From assembly GCA_034432535.1 (NCBI GenBank), contig DAOUBR010000079.1, positions 20,290 to 84,289 of the forward strand: a stretch of DNA of 64,000 nt. Direction: 5' to 3'. The first letter of the stretch is position 1, and each line of letters opens with the position of its first letter. The notes under the pieces were generated by a model. That model saw only the letters and a list, made by a program, of their open reading frames with translations, had not been told where the DNA came from and did no database searches. The stretch is from Anaerolineales bacterium. GTDB taxonomy: Bacteria; Chloroflexota; Anaerolineae; Anaerolineales; Villigracilaceae. Shown here one piece after another: positions 36,371 to 45,529 of this stretch. Made by a program: the position numbers and the translations under genes.

Positions 36371-36437
36371 GCAATTGGGCAAGTTTTCACGAAGCGTCTT
36401 TTGTGGCGTAATCCAATTTTCCAAAGGAGAGGAACGC

Positions 36438-36824
36438 ATGGAGACCAAAACGTTTGAAACGCCCGCATTATACGGCGACCATCACGTTATGGAAGCGAGG
36501 CGCATTTTGCTGGAACTAGAGGGGGTGAGCGACGTGTACGCGAGCAGCGCATTTCACGTCATTGAAATCACCTTCGACCCGGAAAAAGTCAAAGCGGAGG
36601 AAATCACCGCGCGACTGGAAGCCGCCGGCTATTTAGGCGAAATTCCCGTCGCGGCGGAAAGCGGCATGGCGGTGGAAAAGAAAGAAGGCGACGGCGTCTT
36701 CCGTCATACTGCCGTGTACGAAACGGTCAAGGGGACGATTTCTTTTGCGCAGCGCGTGAGCTATTCGGGACGTCCGCTTTGGCCCTGTCCCGGCATGGAG
36801 CCGATTAAGGTCGTCAAAGAGTGA
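36438..36824 (+). CDS. uncharacterised 128-aa protein, HMA/ferredoxin-like N-terminal fold without CxxC; first gene of the acs operon
   Basis: Strong SD AAGGAGAGG. The N-terminus (..ALYGDHHVMEARRILLELEGVSDVYASSAFHVIEITFDPEKVKAEEITARLEAAGY) has a beta-alpha-beta-beta-alpha-beta pattern with GDHH where HMA domains carry CxxC. The C-terminus has WPCPG. Confidence 0.6.
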   Translation: METKTFETPALYGDHHVMEARRILLELEGVSDVYASSAFHVIEITFDPEKVKAEEITARLEAAGYLGEIPVAAESGMAVEKKEGDGVFRHTAVYETVKGTISFAQRVSYSGRPLWPCPGMEPIKVVKE

Positions 36825-36850
36825 ATTCAGGTTTAGAGATAGAGAGGCGC

Positions 36851-38860
36851 ATGATGGCAAAAAAACGAGAAATTAAAGATTACTCCACCGACCCGGCAGC
36901 GCAACAAATGCTTATCCGGGCGGAGGAATTGGGCGTCGGCACGGCGTTCACCAGAGCCGACAACATGGTCCCATGCAACATTGGCGGCGCAGGCATGTGC
37001 TGTAAACAATGCGGTATGGGACCGTGTCGTTTAACCAAGAACGGCGACGTAGGCGTGTGCGGCGCGACCATTGACACCATTCAGGCGCGCAACCTCACCC
37101 GCGCCATCGCGGCAGGCGGCGCGGCGCATTCGGACCACGGGCGCGACATGGCGTTTCTGCTTAAAGCCGCCGCCAAAGGCGAAGCGGAAGGCTACGCCAT
37201 TCGAGACGTGGCGAAGCTGCGCATGGTCGCTTCCTATTACGATATTAAGATAGAAGGGCGCTCGCCGGAAGAGATCGCCATTGAGCTCGCAGATTTATAC
37301 ATCGCGCAGTTTGGGCAGCAAAGCGGAGAAATCGTCCCGATTAAGCGCGCGCCGAAAAAGCGGCAGAAACTCTGGCGCGAGCAAAAGGTCGTCCCACGCG
37401 GCGTGGACCGCGAAGTGGTGGAAGCGCTGCACCGCACGCACATCGGCGACGACCAGGAGCCGGAGCATATTCTTCATCACGCCATTCGCACGGCGCTGGC
37501 GGACGGCTGGGGCGGCTCGATGATTGCCACCGATATTTCGGATATTCTGTTCGGCACGCCCGCGCCCATTTTGGGGCAAGCCAACCTCGGCGTGATTAAG
37601 CGCGAGATGGTGAACGTGGTCGTTCACGGGCACGAGCCTTCGATGAGCGAAATGCTGGTGGCCGCCTCGCAGGACCCGGAAATTATCGAATACGCGCGCG
37701 CGGCGGGGGCGCAGGGCATTCAGCTTTCGGGAATTTGCTGCACAGCAAACGAGATTCTCATGCGGCAGGGCATCCCTGCGGCGGGCAACTTCCTGCATCA
37801 GGAACTTTCAATCATGACCGGCGCGGTGGAAGCCATGGTGGTGGACGTGCAGTGCATTATGCAAGCGTTGGTCGGGCTGGCGCAGAACTTCCACACCAAA
37901 ATTATCACCACTTCGCCGAAGGTGAAAATCAAGGGGGCGACGCACATCGAATTCGACGAACATAAGGCGTTCACGGTCGCCAAGCAAATCCTCAAGACGG
38001 CGATTGACAATTTCAAGAATCGCGCGCCGGAAAAGGTGCTGATTCCGCAGATTAAAGAAGACGTGATTCCGGGTTTCTCGCACGAGTACATCAACTACAT
38101 GCTCGGCGGCTCCTACCGCGCTTCCTTCCGCCCGCTGAACGACGCGATTATGAGCGGGCGCATTCGCGGCGTGGCGGCGATTGTCGGCTGCAACAACCCG
38201 CGCTCCTCGCAAGATTACCTGCACAACAAAGTGGTGAAAGAGCTGTTAAAGCAGGACGTGTTGGTGGTGCAAACGGGATGCGGCGCGATTGCGGCGGGCA
38301 AGCTGGGGCTGCTGCTCGGCGAAGCGGGCTTGAGCGAAGTCGGCAGCGGCTTGCGCGAAGTGTGTGAAACTATCGGCATTCCGCCCGTGCTGCACATGGG
38401 TTCGTGCGTGGACAACACGCGCATCCTCACCGTCTTAACGCAAATGGCGGAGACGGGCGGCTTGGGCGAGGACATTGACCAGATTCCCGCCGTCGGTCTC
38501 GCCCCCGAATGGATGAGCGAAAAAGCGCTCGCCATTGCGACGTACTGCGTCGCCTCCGGCGCCTACGTCATCTTCGGCGGCGCTTCGCCCGTAGGCGGCA
38601 TGCCCGACCGGGTGAACGATAGCGACATTGTGCTGCGTTACATCAGCGAGGGCTGGGAAAAACTCTACGGCGGCAAACTGGAATTCATCCCCGACCCGGA
38701 CGAGATGATTAAAGCCACGCTTGCGCACATTGACAAGAAGCGCGCGGCGCTCGGTCTCCCCGCATGGGAGCCGAATAAGTTTGGGCGCAGCGGCGACGCC
38801 AAAATGAACGAACTCGAAGCCTTGCCGCTGGAAGCGAAGCGCGAAGCGATTTATGGATAG
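36851..38860 (+). CDS. cooS: anaerobic Ni-Fe-S carbon-monoxide dehydrogenase catalytic subunit
   Basis: N-terminal cluster motifs CNIGGAGMCCKQCGMGPCR and VCGAT. Length and C-cluster region are typical of CooS/AcsA. Confidence 0.95.
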   Translation: MMAKKREIKDYSTDPAAQQMLIRAEELGVGTAFTRADNMVPCNIGGAGMCCKQCGMGPCRLTKNGDVGVCGATIDTIQARNLTRAIAAGGAAHSDHGRDMAFLLKAAAKGEAEGYAIRDVAKLRMVASYYDIKIEGRSPEEIAIELADLYIAQFGQQSGEIVPIKRAPKKRQKLWREQKVVPRGVDREVVEALHRTHIGDDQEPEHILHHAIRTALADGWGGSMIATDISDILFGTPAPILGQANLGVIKREMVNVVVHGHEPSMSEMLVAASQDPEIIEYARAAGAQGIQLSGICCTANEILMRQGIPAAGNFLHQELSIMTGAVEAMVVDVQCIMQALVGLAQNFHTKIITTSPKVKIKGATHIEFDEHKAFTVAKQILKTAIDNFKNRAPEKVLIPQIKEDVIPGFSHEYINYMLGGSYRASFRPLNDAIMSGRIRGVAAIVGCNNPRSSQDYLHNKVVKELLKQDVLVVQTGCGAIAAGKLGLLLGEAGLSEVGSGLREVCETIGIPPVLHMGSCVDNTRILTVLTQMAETGGLGEDIDQIPAVGLAPEWMSEKALAIATYCVASGAYVIFGGASPVGGMPDRVNDSDIVLRYISEGWEKLYGGKLEFIPDPDEMIKATLAHIDKKRAALGLPAWEPNKFGRSGDAKMNELEALPLEAKREAIYG

Positions 38861-38906
38861 CCGAACAGACTGGCAATGAGCGACGCTAGACCAGGAGAGT
38901 ACATCC

Positions 38907-41174
38907 ATGTCACGATATATAGCTACCCGCGCCATTCGGGGCGCAAACGCGCTCGTCACCGAAGCGGAGTTGATGTTGAACAAAGCGCTCGCGGAAAAAG
39001 GACCCGAAACGCCGGTGACTTTCCCCAACACCGCCTACTACCTGCCGACCATTTTAGGCATGACCGGCAAAGCGGTGGAAAAACTCGGCGACTTGAAGCC
39101 GGCGATGGAATACGCGCGCAATTTACTGCATCCCCTTCCCGCTCAAAAACGTTGGACGCCCTATCTCGGCGAGACGCTCGATTCCGGCATAGCGACGCTG
39201 CTCGCCGCCGAAACCATCGAAGCGATTCGCTTCGTTTATGGCTTGCAGCCCGAAGCCGCGCCGGGCTTTACGCTGGCGGGCGGAACCAACTACGGCGAGC
39301 AAAACGGACACGGTCACTTAAACGGGCCGATTGACGATATTCAACTCCGCTCGTGGGGCATTCAATTGGTGGATGGACGCATGCCCGGCTTCGCGGCGAT
39401 TGTCGGCTGCGCGAAATCGAACGAAGTGGCGGTGAAAATCGTCCGCGAATTGCAACGGCGCAACATCCTCACCTTCCTTTCGGGCAACGTAAACGGCAGA
39501 AGCGTCATTCACCAGCTGCAAGAAGAAGGCGTGGAGCTCGGCTACGATACCTACACCGTCCCCTTCGGCACGGATACCATCTCCGCCATTTACGCGCTGG
39601 GCTTCGCCACCCGTTCCGCGCTGACCTTCGGCGGCTTGAAGCCCGGTCAAGCGCGCGAGATTCTGCTTTACAACAAAGAGCGTGTTTTCGCCTTTGTGCT
39701 GGCTTTGGGCGAGGTGGACGATTTGAAATACGCCGCGGCGGCGGGGGCGATTAACTTCGGCTTCCCAGTCATCGCCGATACGGTCATCCCCGAAATTCTG
39801 CCCACGGGCGTCACCACCTACGAACATGTCGTCTCTATGCCGTTCAATCAAATCGAAGGCAAGGACGATTTAGAACGCGCCGAAAGGCTGGTGCAAAAGT
39901 GCATTGAAGTGCGCGGCGTCAAGGTCAAAGTCTCCAACGTGGACGTGCCTGTGCCGTACGGCTCGGCGTTTGAAGGCGAAGTGGTGCGCAAGGCGGATTT
40001 GCGCGTCGAGTTCGGCGGCAAGCACGCCCGCTGCTTCGAGTATTTGCAAATGGCGAAGTTGGATGAAATCACCGACGGCAAGATTCAAGTGATTGGTCCC
40101 GATTTCTCGCAGGTCCCGCCCCAAGGCGCGATGGACATGGGAATCGTCATCAAGGTCGCCGGGCGGCAAATGCAGCAGGATTTCGAGCCGGTGCTGGAAC
40201 GTCAGGTGCATTACTTTATCAACGGCGCGAGCGGCATTCAACACGTCGGGCAGCGCGATATTGCGTGGATTCGCGTCTCAAACAACGCGGCGGACAAGGG
40301 CTTCAACCTCGAGCACTTCGGCAAGATTCTGCACGCGCGCTTCCACGAAGACTTCGGCGCGATTGTGGACAAAGTGGAGGTGACGATCGTCACCGACCCG
40401 GCGCTGCACGCCGAATGGCTGGAAAAAGCCCGCGCGGCTTACGACTTCCGCAACAAGCGTCTCGCCGACCTGACCGACGACAAAGTGGAAGAGTTCTACT
40501 CCTGCACGCTGTGTCAATCGTTCGCGCCCAATCACGTTTGCGTGGTTTCGCCCGAACGGCTGGGCTTGTGCGGCGCGTATAACTGGCTGGACTGCAAAGC
40601 CTCGTATAGCATCAACCCGACGGGTCCCAATCAGCCCATCAAACTCGGCAAATTGATTGACCCGAAAAAAGGCTACTGGACCGGCACGAACGAATACGCC
40701 GCCATCGGCTCGCACGGCGTGGTGAACGAAGTGACGATGTATTCCATCATGGAAAACCCGATGACGGCTTGCGGCTGCTTTGAGTGCATCGTCATGCTCA
40801 TCCCCGAAGCCAACGGCGTGATGGTGGTCAGCCGCGAAGATACCAGCATGACTCCCGCGGGCATGACCTTCTCGACTCTGGCGGGCATCGCGGGCGGCGG
40901 GCTGCAAACGCCGGGCGTGATGGGCGTGGGCAAGTTTTATTTGCTCAGCCCCAAGTTCATCTCCGCCGACGGCGGCTTCAAGCGCATCGTGTGGATGTCC
41001 TCCGTGCTGAAAGAGACGATGGCGGACGAGCTCAAAGCCGTCTGCGAGCGCGAAGGCGACCCCGACTTCATGTCCCGTGTGGCGGATGGAAATGTCGCCA
41101 CCACTGTGGAGGAATTGCTCGCGTGGATGGAAGCGCACAATCACCCCGCGATGGCGATGGAGCCGATGTTTTAG
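38907..41174 (+). CDS. acsB: CO-methylating acetyl-CoA synthase (ACS alpha subunit)
   Basis: FPNTAYYLPTILG N-terminal motif and an A-cluster region with CTLCQSF..C...C.. and MTACGCFEC; 755 aa. Confidence 0.95.
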   Translation: MSRYIATRAIRGANALVTEAELMLNKALAEKGPETPVTFPNTAYYLPTILGMTGKAVEKLGDLKPAMEYARNLLHPLPAQKRWTPYLGETLDSGIATLLAAETIEAIRFVYGLQPEAAPGFTLAGGTNYGEQNGHGHLNGPIDDIQLRSWGIQLVDGRMPGFAAIVGCAKSNEVAVKIVRELQRRNILTFLSGNVNGRSVIHQLQEEGVELGYDTYTVPFGTDTISAIYALGFATRSALTFGGLKPGQAREILLYNKERVFAFVLALGEVDDLKYAAAAGAINFGFPVIADTVIPEILPTGVTTYEHVVSMPFNQIEGKDDLERAERLVQKCIEVRGVKVKVSNVDVPVPYGSAFEGEVVRKADLRVEFGGKHARCFEYLQMAKLDEITDGKIQVIGPDFSQVPPQGAMDMGIVIKVAGRQMQQDFEPVLERQVHYFINGASGIQHVGQRDIAWIRVSNNAADKGFNLEHFGKILHARFHEDFGAIVDKVEVTIVTDPALHAEWLEKARAAYDFRNKRLADLTDDKVEEFYSCTLCQSFAPNHVCVVSPERLGLCGAYNWLDCKASYSINPTGPNQPIKLGKLIDPKKGYWTGTNEYAAIGSHGVVNEVTMYSIMENPMTACGCFECIVMLIPEANGVMVVSREDTSMTPAGMTFSTLAGIAGGGLQTPGVMGVGKFYLLSPKFISADGGFKRIVWMSSVLKETMADELKAVCEREGDPDFMSRVADGNVATTVEELLAWMEAHNHPAMAMEPMF

Positions 41175-41229
41175 ATTGCGGACGCCATTTTCGAGAGAGA
41201 TTCTAACCATCCATAGCCGAATATTCGCG

Positions 41230-41255
41230 CTATCAGACTCGCAACTATCAGACTC
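41230..41255 (+). repeat. two copies of CTATCAGACTC 15 bp apart, just upstream of the acsD RBS
   Basis: Copies at 41230..41240 and 41245..41255. SD AAGGAG follows at 41258. Confidence 0.6.
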
Positions 41256-41269
41256 TCAAGGAGCGCATT

Positions 41270-42214
41270 ATGCCGATTGAAATTCCAAAAGATAAATGGG
41301 CGGGAAGCGTAAAGAAAGTCGTCATTGGCGCAACGGGCGCGGAAGGAGGCACGCGCGCCAAAACCGTCGTCGTCGGCGGGCAGACCTGCATGCCCTACCT
41401 GCGCTTTGAAGCGCCGACGCCGAACAAACCGGCGGTCGCCATTGAAATCAAATCGCGCAAGCCGGAAGATTGGTCGCCGCTGCTGGCGGAAGTTTGGGGA
41501 GACGCGATGAACAACCCCGCCGACTGGGCGAAGAAAGCCGAAGAAGCCGGGGCGGATTTAATCGTCCTCGCGCTGACGCTGGAAGATTCGCCCGAAGACG
41601 CGGTTAAAGCCGTGAAAGCCGCGCTGGGCGCGAGCGGTCTCCCGCTTATCGTTTGGGGACCCGGACAGGCGGAAAAAGATAACGAGCTGCTCGTCCCCGT
41701 CGCCGAAGCGACCAAAGGCGAAAAAATCGTCTTGGGAATTTGCGAAGACAAGAACTACCGCACCATCGTGGCGACCGCCATGGCGAACGGGCATCTGGTT
41801 CAAGCGCGGACGCCGATGGACGTCAACCTCGCCAAGCAGTTGAACATCCTGATTACTGACATGGGCTTGCCAGCCGACCGCATCATTATGGACCCGACCA
41901 CCGGCGCGCTGGGCTACGGAATCGAATACGGCTATTCGGTGATGGAACGCCTGCGGCTGGCGGCTTTGCAAGGCGACGCAATGACTCAGATTCCCATGCT
42001 CGTCACGCCGGGGTTTGAAGCGTGGAAGACGAAAGAATCCAAAGTCGGCAAGGGCGTGCCGGAAGCCTGGGGAGATTGGAAAGCCCGCGCGATTCACTGG
42101 GAGGCGCTGACGGCGATGGCGCTGGTCGAAGCCGGCGCGGATATTCTCGTCCTGCGGCATCCCGAATCGGCGAAGCAAATCAAAGGCGCAATCGAAGAAT
42201 TGACGGCTGCGTAA
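41270..42214 (+). CDS. acsD: corrinoid iron-sulfur protein small subunit (CdhD/AcsD)
   Basis: 314 aa; collinear with Moorella AcsD (KVVIGATGAEGGTR..VVVGG, DPTTGALGYGIEYGYSVMERLRLAALQGD). Confidence 0.9.
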   Translation: MPIEIPKDKWAGSVKKVVIGATGAEGGTRAKTVVVGGQTCMPYLRFEAPTPNKPAVAIEIKSRKPEDWSPLLAEVWGDAMNNPADWAKKAEEAGADLIVLALTLEDSPEDAVKAVKAALGASGLPLIVWGPGQAEKDNELLVPVAEATKGEKIVLGICEDKNYRTIVATAMANGHLVQARTPMDVNLAKQLNILITDMGLPADRIIMDPTTGALGYGIEYGYSVMERLRLAALQGDAMTQIPMLVTPGFEAWKTKESKVGKGVPEAWGDWKARAIHWEALTAMALVEAGADILVLRHPESAKQIKGAIEELTAA

Positions 42215-42223
42215 GGAGGAACT

Positions 42224-43540
42224 ATGGCGCTCACAGGCATTCAAATTTACAAAATGCTTCCGCAGACCAACTGTAAGGAATGCGGCTTCCCCACCTGTCT
42301 GGCGTTTGCGATGAAGCTCGCCGCCAAGCAAGTGGAACTTTCCTCCTGCCCTTACGTCAGCGAAGAATCAAAGAAGCAGCTGGCGGAATCCGCCGCGCCG
42401 CCGATTCGGTTGGCGACGCTCAAAGCCGGGACGGAAGTGAAAGTCGGCAACGAAGTGGTGATGTACCGTCACGAAAAAACCTTCTACAACAAGCCGGGCT
42501 TGTTCGTGCGCGTCCAAGCCTCCGACCCCGAACTGGCGGGGAAAGTCGCAGCGATAGACGCTTACAAAGTCAATTACGTCGGCATGGATTTTACGATTGA
42601 CGGCTTCGCGGTGGAAGGCGAAGGCGACCTTGCGGCGGCGGTTAAGACCGTGCGCGGCGCAAGCAAGCGCCCGTTGATTTTGATTTCCTCCGACCCCGCC
42701 GCGCTCGATTCCGCGCTGGCAAATATAGCCGGCGAAACGGCCTTGATTTACGCGGCGGATTCTTCCAACGCCGACGCGCTGGCGGAAATCGCCAAGAAAC
42801 ACAAAGCCGCGCTCGCCGTCAAAGGCGATTCGATTGACGCGCTCGCCGAATTGACCCAAAAGATTCAGGCGAAGGGCGTGGAAGACATGGCGTTGGATTT
42901 GGGCGGGAAAAACCTCGGCGAATGGCTGCAACGCTCCACTCAGGTTCGCCGCCTCGCCGTCAAAGCCAATCAGCGCTCGGTAGGCTACCCGACGATTTTC
43001 TTCGCCGGGCAAAACGGCGCGGAAAAAGAACCCATCTACGCCGCGCAAGCCATCGCCAAATACGCGGGCTTCGTCGTGCTGGACGCCTTTACGCCCGAAC
43101 TCGCTTACGCCCTGCTCGTGCTGCGCGAAAACATTTACACCGACCCGCAAAAGCCGATTCAAGTGCAGCCGGGAATCTACGAAATCAACTCGCCCAAGCC
43201 CGAAAGCCCCGTGCTGGTGACCACCAATTTCAGCATCACCTACTTTGCGGTGGCGAACGAAGTGGAAGGCAGCGGCTTGCCCGCGTGGCTGGTCGTCTGC
43301 GACGCGGAAGGCATGTCGGTGCTGACCGCGTGGGCGGCTGGCAAGTTTGACGCGGAACGCATCGCCAAGGCGATCAAGAATTTCAACGTCGCCGAAAAGG
43401 TCAGCAAGAAGCGCGTCGTGCTGCCCGGTCACGTTTCCGTCCTCTCCGGCGAGCTGGAAGGCGAACTGCCCGATTGGGAGATTCGCGTCGGGCCCCGCGA
43501 GGCGGTGGATTTGCCCGCGTTTATGAAACAGGCTCTTTAG
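42224..43540 (+). CDS. acsC: corrinoid iron-sulfur protein large subunit (CdhE/AcsC)
   Basis: N-terminal [4Fe-4S] motif NCKECGFPTCLAFAMKLA...SCPYVS; 438 aa. Confidence 0.9.
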   Translation: MALTGIQIYKMLPQTNCKECGFPTCLAFAMKLAAKQVELSSCPYVSEESKKQLAESAAPPIRLATLKAGTEVKVGNEVVMYRHEKTFYNKPGLFVRVQASDPELAGKVAAIDAYKVNYVGMDFTIDGFAVEGEGDLAAAVKTVRGASKRPLILISSDPAALDSALANIAGETALIYAADSSNADALAEIAKKHKAALAVKGDSIDALAELTQKIQAKGVEDMALDLGGKNLGEWLQRSTQVRRLAVKANQRSVGYPTIFFAGQNGAEKEPIYAAQAIAKYAGFVVLDAFTPELAYALLVLRENIYTDPQKPIQVQPGIYEINSPKPESPVLVTTNFSITYFAVANEVEGSGLPAWLVVCDAEGMSVLTAWAAGKFDAERIAKAIKNFNVAEKVSKKRVVLPGHVSVLSGELEGELPDWEIRVGPREAVDLPAFMKQAL

Positions 43541-43550
43541 AGAATTAGCG

Positions 43551-43587
43551 ATTGGTAATTGGTAAGCGCGGCTTACCAATTACCAAT
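43551..43587 (+). other. perfect 17-bp inverted repeat (strong stem-loop or palindromic site) between acsC and acsV
   Basis: ATTGGTAATTGGTAAGC-gcg-GCTTACCAATTACCAAT with no T-run. Followed by TCCTCCCCC and ATG 43597. Confidence 0.85.
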
Positions 43588-43596
43588 TCCTCCCCC

Positions 43597-45528
43597 ATGC
43601 AGCACACTGTCACCTTCGCGCTTGAAGAAAAACAAACCGCCGTTCAGGTTCCAACCGGAACGCTGATTACCGACGCCGCGCAACTGGCGGGCGTGGAAAT
43701 CGGTCAGCCCTGCGGCGGTCAGGGACGCTGCGGGCGCTGCGCGGTATTGATTGAAGAAGGGAAGGCGCGCCGCCGAAGCACGCTGCGGCTTTCGCCCGAA
43801 GCGGTGGAACAAGGATACGCGCTCGCTTGTCAGACCGTCGTCGAAGGCGACGTCTTTGTCCGCGTTCCGCCGCAAGAAAAAATCGAGCGCAACCTGACGA
43901 CCGACCGCGTCGTCGGCGAAGTGGAAATCCCGGCGGATTACGATTACGACCAGAGCCAAACCATCCGCCGCGTTTATCTGGAGCTCCCCCCGCCGAGCAT
44001 GGAAGACCAGACCGACGACTGGGCGCGGCTGCAAACCGCGCTGCGAACTCAAGCCGGAATCGCGGAAGTCGTCTGCTCGCTGCCCTTCCTGCGAGAGATG
44101 GGAAAAACGCTGCGCGACGGCGAGTGGAACGTTACCGCTATCCTCGAAAGAAATCCGCAATTTCCGGAAAAACCCGCGCGGCTCATCGCGCTGCTGTCGG
44201 GGCGGGCGGACGAATACGCCCCGCTGTGGGGCTGCGCGGTGGACGTCGGCACGACGACGGTTTCGCTCTGGCTGGCGGATTTGGTCAGCGGAAAAGTTCA
44301 CGCGCAAGTCGCCGAATATAACGGACAAATCGCGCGCGGCGAAGACGTCATCTCGCGCATCATCTATTCCGGCAAGCCGGGGGGCGAACAGGAAATGCGT
44401 CAACGCGCGCTGGATACCATCAACGGACTGCTGGAAAAAGCCTGCAAGCGCGTTCAAATCTCGCCGACGGACGTGATGAAAATGACCGTCGCGGGCAACA
44501 GCGCCATGATTCATCTGCTGTTAGGAATCCCCGCCGCCAGCATCCGCCTTTCGCCGTTCATTCCGGCGGTGAATCATCCGCCCTTGCTAACGGCGCAAGA
44601 CGTGGGCGTGAACATACACTGCTGCGGCGTGGTGGATTGCCTGCCCGGCGTAGCAAGTTACGTCGGCGCGGATATTACCGCGGGCGTGCTTTCTTCCGGC
44701 ATGGAAAAATCCGAAAACGTCCTGCTGTTCATCGACATCGGCACCAACGGCGAAATTGCGCTGGGCAACCGCGACTGGCTGGTGACTTGCGCCTGCTCGG
44801 CTGGCCCCGCGTTTGAAGGCGCCGGCGTAGCCAACGGAATGCGCGCCACCAAAGGCGCGATTGAAGAAGTGTGGATTAATAGCGAAACGCTCGAACCGAC
44901 CTACCGCGTCATCGGCGGCAGCAAGCCAAAGGGCATTTGCGGTTCGGGGTTGATTTCGCTGCTTTCCGAAGCGTTTCTGACGGGCGTGATAGACAAGGCA
45001 GGCAACATTAACCTGACGGCGAACACGCCGCGCGTCCGCGAGGGCGAACACGGCGGCGAATACGTCGTCGCCTGGGGCGCGGAAACCGAAACGGGCGAAG
45101 ACGTCGTCGTCACCCGCGTGGACGTGGACAACCTGCTGCGAGCGAAAGCCGCCATCTACGCCGGATTCAGCGTGCTGGCGGAAGCCGTCGGCGTCTCGCT
45201 GGAAAGCGTCGAGCGCGTGCTGGTGGGCGGCTCTTTCGGCAAATATATCAACGTGGAAAAAGCCGTGCAAATCGGGTTACTGCCCGACCTGGATTGGTCG
45301 CGCTTTGACTTTTTGGGCAACACGTCGGTCAAGGGCGCGTATTACGCCCTTTTAGATTGGCGCAAACGTGAGCGCGTCGCCGAGATTGCGAAACGCATGA
45401 CCTACATCGAACTTTCGGCGGACAACAGTTTCTACGAGGCGTTCACGTCCGCGCTGTTTTTGCCGCACACGGATATGAGCAAGTTTCCGAGCGTAGCGGA
45501 AGCGTTGAAAAAGCAACTGGAGGCATAA
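43597..45528 (+). CDS. acsV: corrinoid activation/regeneration protein (RACo; 2Fe-2S ferredoxin plus ASKHA ATPase)
   Basis: N-terminal plant-type ferredoxin motif CGGQGRCGRCAV and a C-terminal DUF4445/ASKHA domain (DIGTNGEI, GGSFG). Confidence 0.85.
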   Translation: MQHTVTFALEEKQTAVQVPTGTLITDAAQLAGVEIGQPCGGQGRCGRCAVLIEEGKARRRSTLRLSPEAVEQGYALACQTVVEGDVFVRVPPQEKIERNLTTDRVVGEVEIPADYDYDQSQTIRRVYLELPPPSMEDQTDDWARLQTALRTQAGIAEVVCSLPFLREMGKTLRDGEWNVTAILERNPQFPEKPARLIALLSGRADEYAPLWGCAVDVGTTTVSLWLADLVSGKVHAQVAEYNGQIARGEDVISRIIYSGKPGGEQEMRQRALDTINGLLEKACKRVQISPTDVMKMTVAGNSAMIHLLLGIPAASIRLSPFIPAVNHPPLLTAQDVGVNIHCCGVVDCLPGVASYVGADITAGVLSSGMEKSENVLLFIDIGTNGEIALGNRDWLVTCACSAGPAFEGAGVANGMRATKGAIEEVWINSETLEPTYRVIGGSKPKGICGSGLISLLSEAFLTGVIDKAGNINLTANTPRVREGEHGGEYVVAWGAETETGEDVVVTRVDVDNLLRAKAAIYAGFSVLAEAVGVSLESVERVLVGGSFGKYINVEKAVQIGLLPDLDWSRFDFLGNTSVKGAYYALLDWRKRERVAEIAKRMTYIELSADNSFYEAFTSALFLPHTDMSKFPSVAEALKKQLEA

Positions 45529-45529
45529 A

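Noticed and set aside
40278-41210. 310-aa minus-strand ORF, and other 100-400-aa ORFs antisense to acsB, acsC, acsV and metVF (e.g. 42368..43579, 43573..44514)
   Set aside because: These are antisense shadows of strongly supported acs genes, with biased R/G/H composition and no RBS.
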